Source: Pseudomonadota bacterium
GTDB taxonomy: Bacteria > Pseudomonadota > Alphaproteobacteria > Caulobacterales > Caulobacteraceae
Assembly (NCBI GenBank): GCA_048497915.1
Contig: JBEHYZ010000003.1
Coordinates: forward strand, 4,299-68,298
Reading direction: 5' to 3'
DNA: 64,000 nucleotides
Shown here: positions 41,664 through 52,461 of the stretch, in pieces
Layout: the number at the start of each line of letters is the position of its first letter
Numbering within the stretch: position 1 is the stretch's first letter
Notes under the pieces: generated by a model
Told to the model about the DNA's origin: nothing
Databases searched by the model: none
Seen by the model: only the letters and a program-made list of their open reading frames with translations
Position numbers and translations under genes: made by a program

Positions 41664-41975
41664 ATGCGTATCAATGTTCTCAACGAAGCCGACCGTCACG
41701 ATTATCTGTCGCAGCAGATGGCCCGCCTGCGGTCAAATGATTCCGACCATTACGCCGCCCGGTTGCATCTGCAAAACCTGATCGAAGGGGTGACCTCGAT
41801 CCGTTTCGGCCACAAAGACCGCGCCGCGCTGCGCAGCTACCTGCGTAAGGTGGGTTCGCTCCTGCGCAAGGGCGAGATCGACGAGCGCACCGCCAAGGTC
41901 GATCTCAACAAGGTGCTGATGGCCGCCGCCGCCAACAGCCCGGACGTGCTGCACTACATTCACATCGAGGCGTAA
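41664..41975 (+). CDS. Hypothetical protein (103 aa, predicted helical)
   Basis: GGAG RBS and GC-rich third codon positions. No recognised motif. Confidence 0.6.
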   Translation: MRINVLNEADRHDYLSQQMARLRSNDSDHYAARLHLQNLIEGVTSIRFGHKDRAALRSYLRKVGSLLRKGEIDERTAKVDLNKVLMAAAANSPDVLHYIHIEA

Positions 41976-41982
41976 ACCGCGC

Positions 41983-42825
41983 CTAGGGCCGGGGGCGGGA
42001 CGACAGATTTAGCCAGCCCTCGGCTTTCAATATCTTGGCGTAGCTGCGGCTGACGGGCACATTGGTGCGGCCGGCTATCGTCAGGCTGACCTTGCCATTG
42101 CTGCGCACGACTTCCTTGATGGCGCCCTTGGCTACCCACCATGACCGGTGGGTCTGCGAGCCTTCGATGCCGTCGAGTTCGCGGATGGCGTCGTACAGCC
42201 GCATCAGAATCAGCGTCTCGCCGGCCGAGGTATGGACGCGCAGGTAATGATCCTCCGCCGACAGGGCATAGATGTCGGCTTCACGATATTTGACAGGCAA
42301 CCGGCTACGCAGGGCGGTGACAGGCGTGACCCCCGCATGGGCATGAGTCTGGCGCGGATGGTGGTCCAGCAAATAGTGCAGGATCGACAAGGCTGCCGTG
42401 ATGACGGTGACGGGAGGGGCAAAGGCCGGAATATCCGCCGGGTTCGGGATTTCACCAAACATGACCCGCGTCAGGAACCAGACCACGACGATGATGACCG
42501 GTGTCGAGGCGACAAACAGCGCGATCGCCTGCGAGAGCGGTTCAAGGCGAAACCGGTCGATCACGGCGCTGACCGCTTGAGTGGCCACCGTGCCGCCCAG
42601 CAGGGTGACGCACCAGTAGGCGAAACGCAAGGGCAGGGGCAAGCTGGCCGACCCGACGGCGCCGATCAGGCACAGGAACACTGCCATGGCCAGGGTAACA
42701 CCATAGACTCGCGGCCAGACGCGCAGGCCCCAGGGCTGGGTGACGGCGTTCAGCAGGCCTGTCATTGGCGAAGCGTGAACGGTCGTCTCCGGCATTTCGC
42801 GAAGGATTGGCTCCGGTTCACGCAT
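41983..42825 (-). CDS. Membrane-anchored LytTR DNA-binding domain protein
   Basis: Four TM helices, then AEDHYLRVHT, QTHRSWWVA and VPVSRSY. Start uncertain. Confidence 0.88.
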   Translation of the reverse strand: MREPEPILREMPETTVHASPMTGLLNAVTQPWGLRVWPRVYGVTLAMAVFLCLIGAVGSASLPLPLRFAYWCVTLLGGTVATQAVSAVIDRFRLEPLSQAIALFVASTPVIIVVVWFLTRVMFGEIPNPADIPAFAPPVTVITAALSILHYLLDHHPRQTHAHAGVTPVTALRSRLPVKYREADIYALSAEDHYLRVHTSAGETLILMRLYDAIRELDGIEGSQTHRSWWVAKGAIKEVVRSNGKVSLTIAGRTNVPVSRSYAKILKAEGWLNLSSRPRP

Positions 42826-42914
42826 TGTCGGTTTACCCCCTCTGGTCATCGCGTCGACTGTAGGGGCAGATCGCCGGACTGCCAAGCCTTAGTGGCAAGC
42901 CATCCGGAGCCGAT

Positions 42915-43463
42915 ATGTCCACCGCAGAACCTCTTCATCTGTTTCGCCGCAGCCTGGTGCGCGGTCTGATCATCCTGGTCCTCGTCGCGCTGGCGATCGG
43001 GCTGTCGGGTGGCGCGCCCTACGTTCTCGCCACCATGAAACAGGCGCTGGCCTCGGCGCACCCGCATTGGCCCGACCTTGGCTTATTGGGGAAGCAATCC
43101 CTGGCGGTGCTGATCCACCTGGTTTTCGCGCTGTTTGCCTTCGGGCTCGGTGCGGTGCAGCTGTGGGCGCCGAAGGGGACGATCCCGCACCGGGTGATGG
43201 GTTGGGCGTGGCTTTTGATCATGGGAACGGTGGCGATTTCGTCGTTCTTTATCCGCGAAATCAATCGCGGCCACTTCAGCCTGATCCATATCCTGTCGGT
43301 GGTGGTCCTGCTGCAAATCCCTTTTATTATCTGGGCGGCGCGCACCGGCAGGATCAAGCAGCATGCCAATATGACGTCGGGTCTGTTCGTGGGCGCCCTG
43401 ATCGTCGCAGGGGTGCTGGCTTTTCTGCCGGGCCGGTTAATGTGGGCGATGTTTTTGGGGTGA
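42915..43463 (+). CDS. DUF2306-like membrane protein
   Basis: IHL, KGTIPHRVMG, FSLIHILS and FLPGRLM; divergent from the LytTR gene. Confidence 0.8.
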   Translation: MSTAEPLHLFRRSLVRGLIILVLVALAIGLSGGAPYVLATMKQALASAHPHWPDLGLLGKQSLAVLIHLVFALFAFGLGAVQLWAPKGTIPHRVMGWAWLLIMGTVAISSFFIREINRGHFSLIHILSVVVLLQIPFIIWAARTGRIKQHANMTSGLFVGALIVAGVLAFLPGRLMWAMFLG

Positions 43464-43721
43464 CATCGTGCGGTACAGGGGACGGTGCCAGGAAACCCGC
43501 CGTTCTCCGGATTGATCTCAGTTTGCCCCGCTAAATTTACCGGAATTGGTGATTGGGCGATTGTACAAAAAATCCGCGGTCTATATACAGTTGCGGTTGT
43601 CAGCATTGGGGGAGATGTGCTGGCCTTTGGCCAGTACGCGGAATGGTATCTATTTGCCTCTCCGGTCGCCCGGTGTGCGGTGGCGGTTCAATCTGCCAGC
43701 CAAAAAACGGAGAAAAGCAAT

Positions 43722-44504
43722 ATGGCGATTTCCCTGGAACGCTTTCAAGACATGGTTGCACTGTCAGCGAAGTTTGACGGCATGCTGATGCCGTTGGACC
43801 TGGCGTTGTTCTGCTGTTTTCTGCAACAACAGGCTGACGCCGGCGTTGCGGGTGATATCGCCGAGTTCGGTGTCTACCGCGGGAAGTCGGCGGCCGTTTT
43901 TTTAAGTTTCCTGAGGCCGGATGAAACCCTGAAGACCGTGGAGTATATCCAGAGCTACCCCGAGATCGATAACCTCAAGGCAATTTGCGATCGGCTGACC
44001 TTTTATTGGGGAAAGTCGGAGGATGCGGTCGTTGATCCAGCGTTCATAGCTTCCTTTGGCAGCGACATCCGTTTTTCGCATCATGACGCCAGCCATTCGT
44101 TCGAGAACGTCACCGCCGAGGTTGGCTTCATGGAGAACAGGCTGACGCCGCGTGGTATTGTCGTTCTCGATGATTTCTGCAACCAGCATTACAGCCAGGT
44201 CGCGTCGGGCTTTTACCAGAACAAGATCAGAAACAACTCTGATCTGGAAATTTTTCTGATCTCGAGCAACAAGGCCTGGGTCTGCAAACGTGCGGATTTT
44301 GCCTATTACGAGGAAATGGTTCTGTCTCGCCTGCTTAGCGATCTGAGGGGTATGGGCGTGAACGCTCAGCTTTCCCGTACAGATGCCGTTCCTGACCACC
44401 GTGCGTTCTTTATCTCGCTCAAATCGGCAGCTTCAGACCCCGATCTTTTCGGTGGCGGTGAAGGCGAAATATATGCGGCTCTTTATCAGCCGACGGCTGG
44501 ATAG
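43722..44504 (+). CDS. Class I SAM-dependent methyltransferase (TylF/Methyltransf_24-like)
   Basis: GDIAEFGVYRGKS, HHDASH and GIVVLDD; visibly more AT-rich than its neighbours. Confidence 0.75.
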   Translation: MAISLERFQDMVALSAKFDGMLMPLDLALFCCFLQQQADAGVAGDIAEFGVYRGKSAAVFLSFLRPDETLKTVEYIQSYPEIDNLKAICDRLTFYWGKSEDAVVDPAFIASFGSDIRFSHHDASHSFENVTAEVGFMENRLTPRGIVVLDDFCNQHYSQVASGFYQNKIRNNSDLEIFLISSNKAWVCKRADFAYYEEMVLSRLLSDLRGMGVNAQLSRTDAVPDHRAFFISLKSAASDPDLFGGGEGEIYAALYQPTAG

Positions 44505-44628
44505 GCTCTTAATCATTTATCCCGTGGCTCAATTGTTCGCCCGCGTTTAAGGTGGGACGTTTGGGTGACACCGGTGGCATATTCATTTTGCCGCTGAAAA
44601 TTTAAGTCAAGTTTCTGTGATTGGGCGG

Positions 44629-44889
44629 TTGCGAAAAGACATCGCGGTCTTTATAACGCCACCCATCCTGGACGAGCCCCGATGCGGATATGGGGTCCAA
44701 TCCAGATTTGGATTGGACCCCATATCCGCATCAAGGCCTTTAGCTCGCCCGCTTCGGCTTCGCCGAAACGGGTGGGGCGTTCGCCCTGATGTTGCTACCC
44801 TCCACATCAGAGTTGGTTCCCAGCGCAATTTGCCGAGAAAATTGGGCGGGCCGGCTCTCCAGTCCATTCCTTAACCAGACCCGGTTTCC
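44629..44889 (+). promoter_or_regulatory. sucC promoter and long structured leader with a perfect 24-bp hairpin
   Basis: TTGCGA-N17-TATAAC; perfect IR at 44681-44704 / 44709-44732; further stems downstream. Confidence 0.6.
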
Positions 44890-46101
<1,212 letters not shown>

Positions 46102-46107
46102 GTTCTA

Positions 46108-46995
46108 ATGTCCGTTCTCGTTACCTCCGAAACCAAGGTCATCTGCCAGGGCTTTACCGGCGCGCAGGGCACCTTCCACTCGCAGCAAGCCATCGCCTAT
46201 GGCACCAAGATGGTCGGCGGCGTCACGCCCGGCAAGGGCGGCCAGAAGCACCTCGACCTGCCGGTGTTCGACACCGTCGCGGAAGCGCGTGAAAAGACCG
46301 GCGCGACGGCTTCGGCGATCTACGTGCCGCCCCCCTTCGCGGCCGACTCGATCCTGGAAGCCATCGAAGCCGAGATGGAACTGATTGTCTGCATCACCGA
46401 AGGCATTCCGGTGCTGGACATGGTGAAGGTGAAGCGCGCCCTGTCGGGTTCCAAGTCGCGCTTGATCGGGCCGAACTGCCCGGGCGTGCTGACGCCCAAC
46501 CAGTGCAAAATCGGCATCATGCCGGGAAATATCTTTAGCCCGGGCTCCGTAGGTGTGGTATCACGTTCCGGAACGCTTACCTATGAAGCGGTGTTCCAGA
46601 CGACGAATGCGGGCCTCGGTCAAACGACCGCTGTCGGCATCGGCGGGGACCCGGTCAAGGGTACGGAATTCATCGACGTGCTCGAGATGTTCCTGGCTGA
46701 CGACGCGACCAAGTCGATCATCATGATCGGCGAAATCGGCGGTTCGGCAGAGGAAGATGCGGCGCAGTTCCTGAAGGACGAAGCCAAGCGCGGCCGTAAG
46801 AAGCCGATGGCCGGCTTCATCGCGGGCCGTACGGCGCCTCCGGGCCGTCGCATGGGCCATGCCGGCGCCATCATCTCCGGTGGCAAGGGTGGCGCGGAAG
46901 ACAAGATCGCGGCCATGGAGGCAGCGGGCATCAAGGTGGCCCCGTCCCCGGCAGCGCTCGGTGAGACCCTGCTGCAGGTTCTTAAAGGCCTGTAA
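46108..46995 (+). CDS. sucD: Succinyl-CoA synthetase alpha subunit
   Basis: [21 protein letters not shown] and RMGHAGA (phospho-His). Confidence 0.98.
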   Translation: MSVLVTSETKVICQGFTGAQGTFHSQQAIAYGTKMVGGVTPGKGGQKHLDLPVFDTVAEAREKTGATASAIYVPPPFAADSILEAIEAEMELIVCITEGIPVLDMVKVKRALSGSKSRLIGPNCPGVLTPNQCKIGIMPGNIFSPGSVGVVSRSGTLTYEAVFQTTNAGLGQTTAVGIGGDPVKGTEFIDVLEMFLADDATKSIIMIGEIGGSAEEDAAQFLKDEAKRGRKKPMAGFIAGRTAPPGRRMGHAGAIISGGKGGAEDKIAAMEAAGIKVAPSPAALGETLLQVLKGL

Positions 46996-47130
46996 CAGGG
47001 CCTTTAAGGAGCCATAAAGGCTTCACAGAGTAAGCGTACAGAAGGGCGGTGTCGTAGTTGGCCGCTTAACTGACAATTTAGTGTGGAAAGGCAGGCGGTG
47101 TCGTAATTGGCCGTCTGAACAGGAAACAAA

Positions 47131-50085
47131 ATGGCGGATGATTCCAGCCGGCTTAACCAGGTCTTCGCCGAGACCTCGTTCCTCTATGGCGCCAATGCCG
47201 TCTTCATCGAAATGATGCAAGAACGATGGGCGCAGGACCCGAATTCGGTTCCGCCCGAGTGGCGCGCCTTCTTCGATCAGCTGCTGGATCGCCCGGAAAA
47301 CGTCAAGGCCAACGCCGAAGCCGGCGCATGGGCCAACCCCGGCGCCGAAATCCGCGATGACCTGATTTCGGCCATGGACGGCTTCTGGCCGGCCGTGCAG
47401 GCGAAGATCGAAAAGACCCTCGCCCTCAAGTCTCCGGCCGCCTCGACCGCCGATACGCAAAGCGCCGCGCGCGACTCGATCCGCGCCCTGATGCTGATCC
47501 GCGCTTACCGCATCCGCGGCCACCTGCAATCGAACCTCGACCCGCTCGGCATCGAGCCGCCGATCCAGAACCCGGAACTGACGCCGGAATACTGGGGCTT
47601 CACGGCCGCCGACATGAGCCGCCCGATCTTCATCGACGGCGTCCTGGGTCTTGAGACCGCCACGCTGACGGAAATCATCGCGATTGTGCGCCGCACCTAC
47701 TGCGGCAATATCGGCGTGCAGTACATGCACATCGCCGACCCGGCCGAAAAGGCCTGGGTGCAGGAACGCATCGAGGGCCGCGACAAGGAAATCACCTTCA
47801 CCAAGGAAGGCAAGATCGCCATCCTGAAGAAGCTGATCGAGACCGAAGGTTTCGAGCGCTTCTGTCACCGCCGCTTCCCCGGCACCAAGCGCTTCGGCCT
47901 CGACGGCGGTGAAGCCATGATCCCGGCGCTGGAGCAGATCATCAAGCGCGGTGGCGCGCTCGGCGTGCGCGACATCATCTTCGGCATGGCCCACCGCGGC
48001 CGCCTGAACACCCTGGCTGGCGTCATGGGCAAGCCCTACCGTGCCATCTTCCACGAGTTCCAGGGTGGTTCGTCGCTGCCGTCGGACATCGAAGGTTCGT
48101 CGGACGTCAAGTATCACATGGGCGCTTCGTCGGACCGTGCGTTCGACGGCAACAACGTCCACCTGTCGCTGACCGCCAACCCGTCGCACCTGGAAATCGT
48201 CAACCCGGTCGTGCTGGGCAAGACGCGCGCCAAGCAGGCCTTCTACAACAAGACCAAGCCGGACGGCACGCCGGATCGCGGCATGGCCGTCGGCCTGCTG
48301 ATCCATGGTGACGCCGCCTTCGCGGGCCAGGGCGTCGGCATGGAATGCCTCGCGCTGATGGGCCTGAAGGGCTACAAGACCGGCGGCACGATCCACTTCA
48401 TCATCAACAACCAGATCGGCTTCACGACGTCGCCGCGCTTCTCGCGCTCGTCGCCGTATCCGTCCGACGTCGCCCTGATGGCGGCGGCGCCGATCCTGCA
48501 CTGTAACGGTGACGACCCTGAGGCCGTGGTGTTCGCCGCCAAGATGGCGACCGAATTCCGCATGAAGTTCGCCAAGGACGTCGTCGTCGACATGTTCTGC
48601 TATCGCCGCTTCGGTCACAACGAAGGCGACGATCCCACGTTCACGCAGCCGATCATGTACGCCAAGATCAAGGATCATCCGTCGACGCGCGACCTGTACG
48701 CGGCGCGCCTGATCAAGGAAGGCGTCTGCTCGCAAGCCGAATTCGACGGCTGGCTGAAGGAATTCGACACCTTCCTCGATGGTGAGTTCGACGCCGGCAA
48801 GGCCTACAAGGCCACCAAGGCCGACTGGCTGGACGGCAAGTGGTCGGGTCTCGGCCTGCCGGAAGAAGACGAGCGCCGGGGCACCACCTCCGTGCCGCGC
48901 GCCAAGCTGGTCGATCTGGGCAAGAAGATCACGACGATCCCGAACGACGTCGACATGCACAAGACGCTGCGCCGGGTCATCGAAGGCCGTCAGCAGATGA
49001 TCGCCTCTGGTGAGGGCCTCGACTGGGCCACCGCGGAATCGCTGGCGTTCACGTCGCTGCTGGATGAAGGCTTCCCGGTCCGCCTGTCGGGTCAGGACTC
49101 GATCCGCGGTACCTTCTCGCAACGTCATTCGGCCTTCGTCGACCAGACGACGGAAGAGCGCTACTTCCCGTTCAACCACATCCGTGACGGCCAGGCGATG
49201 TACGAAGGCATCGACTCGGCGCTGTCGGAAGAGGCGGTTCTGGGCTTCGAATACGGCTATTCGCTGGCCGATCCGAACACCCTGACCCTGTGGGAAGGCC
49301 AGTTCGGCGACTTCGTCAACGGCGCCCAGGTCATTATCGACCAGTTCATCTCGTCGGGTGAGCGCAAGTGGCTGCGTATGTCGGGCCTCGTCATGCTGCT
49401 GCCGCACGGCTACGAAGGCCAGGGGCCGGAACACTCGTCTGCCCGTCTCGAGCGCTTCCTGCAAGCCTGCGCCGAAGACAACATGCAGGTCGCCAACTGT
49501 ACGACGCCGTCGAACTACTTCCACATCCTGCGCCGCCAGATCCACCGGCCGTTCCGCAAGCCGCTGATCCTGATGACGCCGAAGTCGCTGCTGCGTCACA
49601 AGAAGGCTGTGTCCTCGTTGGCGGAAATCGCCGAGGGTTCGTCTTTCCACCGCGTCCTGCACGACGATGCCGAGCGCAAGCCCGAGATCGCCGGTGTGCA
49701 ACTGATGGCCGACGACAAGATCCGCCGCGTCATCCTGTGTTCGGGCAAGGTCTATTACGACCTGCTCGACGATCGCGAAAAGAAGGGCATCAAGGACGTC
49801 TACCTGATGCGCCTGGAGCAGTTCTATCCGTGGCCGATGAAGTCGCTGATGACGGAACTGGGCCGCTTCAAGAACGCCGAGCTGGTGTGGTGCCAGGAAG
49901 AGCCGAAGAACATGGGCGGCTGGACGTTTGTCGAGCCGTGGCTCGAACTGACGCTCGACAAGCTCAAGATCAAGGCCAAGCGCGCCCGCTATGTCGGTCG
50001 TCCAGCTTCGGCCTCGACGGCGGCGGGTCAGATGAGCCGCCACCTGAAAGAGCTCGAAACTTTCTTGAACGAAGCGTTCGCGTAA
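47131..50085 (+). CDS. sucA: 2-oxoglutarate dehydrogenase E1
   Basis: GMAHRGRLN, NPSHLE, HGDAAFAGQG, LPHGYEGQGPEHSSAR and QEEPKNMG. Confidence 0.98.
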   Translation: MADDSSRLNQVFAETSFLYGANAVFIEMMQERWAQDPNSVPPEWRAFFDQLLDRPENVKANAEAGAWANPGAEIRDDLISAMDGFWPAVQAKIEKTLALKSPAASTADTQSAARDSIRALMLIRAYRIRGHLQSNLDPLGIEPPIQNPELTPEYWGFTAADMSRPIFIDGVLGLETATLTEIIAIVRRTYCGNIGVQYMHIADPAEKAWVQERIEGRDKEITFTKEGKIAILKKLIETEGFERFCHRRFPGTKRFGLDGGEAMIPALEQIIKRGGALGVRDIIFGMAHRGRLNTLAGVMGKPYRAIFHEFQGGSSLPSDIEGSSDVKYHMGASSDRAFDGNNVHLSLTANPSHLEIVNPVVLGKTRAKQAFYNKTKPDGTPDRGMAVGLLIHGDAAFAGQGVGMECLALMGLKGYKTGGTIHFIINNQIGFTTSPRFSRSSPYPSDVALMAAAPILHCNGDDPEAVVFAAKMATEFRMKFAKDVVVDMFCYRRFGHNEGDDPTFTQPIMYAKIKDHPSTRDLYAARLIKEGVCSQAEFDGWLKEFDTFLDGEFDAGKAYKATKADWLDGKWSGLGLPEEDERRGTTSVPRAKLVDLGKKITTIPNDVDMHKTLRRVIEGRQQMIASGEGLDWATAESLAFTSLLDEGFPVRLSGQDSIRGTFSQRHSAFVDQTTEERYFPFNHIRDGQAMYEGIDSALSEEAVLGFEYGYSLADPNTLTLWEGQFGDFVNGAQVIIDQFISSGERKWLRMSGLVMLLPHGYEGQGPEHSSARLERFLQACAEDNMQVANCTTPSNYFHILRRQIHRPFRKPLILMTPKSLLRHKKAVSSLAEIAEGSSFHRVLHDDAERKPEIAGVQLMADDKIRRVILCSGKVYYDLLDDREKKGIKDVYLMRLEQFYPWPMKSLMTELGRFKNAELVWCQEEPKNMGGWTFVEPWLELTLDKLKIKAKRARYVGRPASASTAAGQMSRHLKELETFLNEAFA

Positions 50086-50125
50086 TTCATCCCCAAGACG
50101 ACCTTAAGACAATTGGAGCCTGACC

Positions 50126-51673
50126 ATGGCTGATATCCTCACTCCCACCCTTGGGGAATCCGTAACCGAAGCGACCATCGCCAACTGGAAGCGCAAGTCC
50201 GGCGAGACCGTCAAGAAGGACGAGATCCTCGTCGAGCTCGAAACCGACAAGGTGTCGCTCGAAGTGGCTTCGCCGGCCGACGGCGTGCTGACCATCCTGA
50301 AGAACGCCGGTGACACGGTCTATCCGGGCACTGTCCTTGGCTCCGTCGGCGGCGCCGGTGCGGTAGCCGCTGCGGCTCCGGCTTCACAAATGTCGGCCCC
50401 GGCGGAGAAGGTTTCTGCTCCGGCCGCTGCGGCGGGTGGTGCGGCCTCAGGTGGTGGCGCCGGTGGCGCTCTGCTTGACGTCAAGACCCCGGTCATGGGC
50501 GAAAGCGTCTCCGAAGGCACCATCTCGACGTGGCGCAAGGCCAAGGGCGACGCTGTCAAGAAGGACGAAGTCCTGGTCGAAATCGAAACCGACAAGGTCG
50601 CTGTCGAAGTGGCTTCGCCCGCCGATGGCGTGTTGGCTGACATCCTTGCTCCGAACGGTGCGACCGTGACGCCGGGCCAGGTGATTGCCCGCATCTCGAC
50701 CGGTTCGGCCGCTGCCGCTGTGACGCAAGCTGCTGCTGCGCCTGCCGCCGCCGCTCCGGCCCCTGCTGCGACGCCGGCGCCGACCACGCCGGGTCTGTCG
50801 CCGTCGGTGCAACGCATTGTCTCGGAAAACAACCTCAATGCCGACGCCATCCCCGGCACCGGCAAGGACGGCCGCATCACCAAGGGTGACGCCCTGGCTG
50901 CCCTCGGCAACGCGCCTGTGACCCCGGCGCCGTCGGTTCCGGCCACAGCTCCGGTGACGCCGCGCGCTGTCGGTCCGCACGAAGAACGCGTGAAGATGAC
51001 GCGCCTGCGTCAGACGATCGCGCGTCGCCTCAAGGAATCGCAGAACACGGCAGCCCAGCTGACCACGTTCAACGAAGTCGACATGTCGACGATCATGAGC
51101 CTGCGCAATGCCTACAAGGACGCCTTCGAAAAGCGTCACGGTGTCAAGCTCGGCTTCATGTCGTTCTTCGCCAAGGCGGTTGTCGCGGCGCTGAAGGACA
51201 TCCCGGCCGTCAACGCCGAGATCGAAGGCACCGACATCATCTACAAGAACCACTATGACCTGGGCGTTGCCGTCGGCACCGAAAAGGGCCTGGTCGTGCC
51301 GGTTCTGCGCGATGTCGACTCGCTGTCGCTGGCCGGTATCGAAAAGGGCATCGCCGCCCTGGGCAAGCAAGCCCGCGACGGCACGCTGTCGATCGATCAG
51401 CTGCAAGGCGGCACCTTCACCATCACCAACGGCGGTATCTACGGCTCGCTGATGTCGACGCCGATCCTCAACATGCCGCAGGTCGGTATCCTGGGCATGC
51501 ACGCCATCAAGGACCGTCCGATGGTCGTCAACGGCCAGATCGTCATCCGTCCGATGATGTACCTGGCTCTGTCCTACGATCACCGCATCGTCGACGGCAA
51601 GGAAGCCGTCACCTTCCTGGTCCGCGTCAAGGAAGGCCTGGAAGACCCGCAGCGTTTCGTGCTCGACGTCTAA
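50126..51673 (+). CDS. sucB: Dihydrolipoamide succinyltransferase E2 with two lipoyl domains
   Basis: Two ETDKV lipoyl motifs, E3-binding [12 protein letters not shown] and catalytic DHRIVDG. Confidence 0.97.
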   Translation: MADILTPTLGESVTEATIANWKRKSGETVKKDEILVELETDKVSLEVASPADGVLTILKNAGDTVYPGTVLGSVGGAGAVAAAAPASQMSAPAEKVSAPAAAAGGAASGGGAGGALLDVKTPVMGESVSEGTISTWRKAKGDAVKKDEVLVEIETDKVAVEVASPADGVLADILAPNGATVTPGQVIARISTGSAAAAVTQAAAAPAAAAPAPAATPAPTTPGLSPSVQRIVSENNLNADAIPGTGKDGRITKGDALAALGNAPVTPAPSVPATAPVTPRAVGPHEERVKMTRLRQTIARRLKESQNTAAQLTTFNEVDMSTIMSLRNAYKDAFEKRHGVKLGFMSFFAKAVVAALKDIPAVNAEIEGTDIIYKNHYDLGVAVGTEKGLVVPVLRDVDSLSLAGIEKGIAALGKQARDGTLSIDQLQGGTFTITNGGIYGSLMSTPILNMPQVGILGMHAIKDRPMVVNGQIVIRPMMYLALSYDHRIVDGKEAVTFLVRVKEGLEDPQRFVLDV

Positions 51674-51695
51674 GCCTTTAGCATCGAAATGATCA

Positions 51696-51729
51696 AAGCC
51701 CCGCGGTTCGCTGCGGGGCTTTTTTCTTT
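51696..51729 (+). terminator. Rho-independent terminator after sucB
   Basis: AAAGCCCCGCGG-ttcg-CTGCGGGGCTTT followed by a T tract. Confidence 0.85.
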
Positions 51730-51817
51730 GAAGTTTTGGGGCCCCTCGCCAAAAGCCCGGCTTTGGGTTAGGATTGGTTAATGCCGGAATTTTGTTTTCG
51801 CGCAGGGGAGGGACCTG

Positions 51818-52351
51818 ATGAAATACGTGCGCTGGTTCATGGTCGCCATCGTTGTGGCTTATGCCGCCTGGATCGCTTTCCCGGTGGTCAAGGCCTTCCT
51901 GTTCCCGGTCGATATGGGCGGCGTCGTGCCGACGGTCAGCATGGACAGCGGCGACTATTCCGGCGGTATGACCTCCGACATGCATGACACGGCCGGCGCG
52001 GTCATGGGCGATTCCATCCAGGGCGACACGGCGGTTCAGGCGATCGAGACCCAGAACACACCGGTCATCGCCCTGTGGGGGGCGGTCATCCTGCTTTACA
52101 TCACGGCGGCGTTGTTGCACGCCAACGGTAATATCCGTTCTGCCATCGTCTATGGCCTGGGCTTTATCGGCGACCTGATCCTGACCTACCTGACCAATGG
52201 CAACAAGGGTGGCGGCATCTATGACAAGATCCTCGACATCCTGTCCGGCTGGGACCCGCGTTACGTGCTGACCTTGGTGGCTTTGGTGCTCGGTTTCCTG
52301 ATCTACATGTCGAGTATGCGCCCGCAGAAAAAGCTGTCGTTTGCCGAGTAG
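51818..52351 (+). CDS. Hypothetical membrane protein
   Basis: About four TM segments; GGGAGG RBS. Confidence 0.65.
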   Translation: MKYVRWFMVAIVVAYAAWIAFPVVKAFLFPVDMGGVVPTVSMDSGDYSGGMTSDMHDTAGAVMGDSIQGDTAVQAIETQNTPVIALWGAVILLYITAALLHANGNIRSAIVYGLGFIGDLILTYLTNGNKGGGIYDKILDILSGWDPRYVLTLVALVLGFLIYMSSMRPQKKLSFAE

Positions 52352-52461
52352 TCGCAGGCGCCGGGAATCTTGCATTCTGGGACGTATTTGACTTGACCGG
52401 CAGGCTTCGGCCTCTTACCTCATGCGCAGCTATTTTTCCTTGAGACGAAGGGGCTTCAGGC

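Noticed and set aside
46981-47008. Hairpin overlapping the sucD stop
   Set aside because: No U tract. Probably an ordinary intra-operon stability or processing stem.
47023-50043. 1006-aa ORF antisense to sucA
   Set aside because: Shadow ORF produced by strong GC3 codon bias on the opposite strand. It has no motifs and fully overlaps an unambiguous core gene.
50126-50700. Internal duplication in sucB (two lipoyl domains)
   Set aside because: Real, but variable lipoyl-domain number is well known in E2 subunits, so it is not novel.
51766-51782. Possible CtrA box; similar half-sites near 11109, 31757 and 47066
   Set aside because: Spacing or half-site sequence deviates from TTAA-N7-TTAA, so it cannot be supported.
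50447-52375. 642-aa ORF antisense to sucB; similar long antisense ORFs at 3001-4650, 3500-5002, 11947-13395, 22730-24343, 28796-29797, 33041-34258, 56834-58150 and 61016-62302
   Set aside because: All mirror well-supported genes and show the composition typical of high-GC antisense frames.
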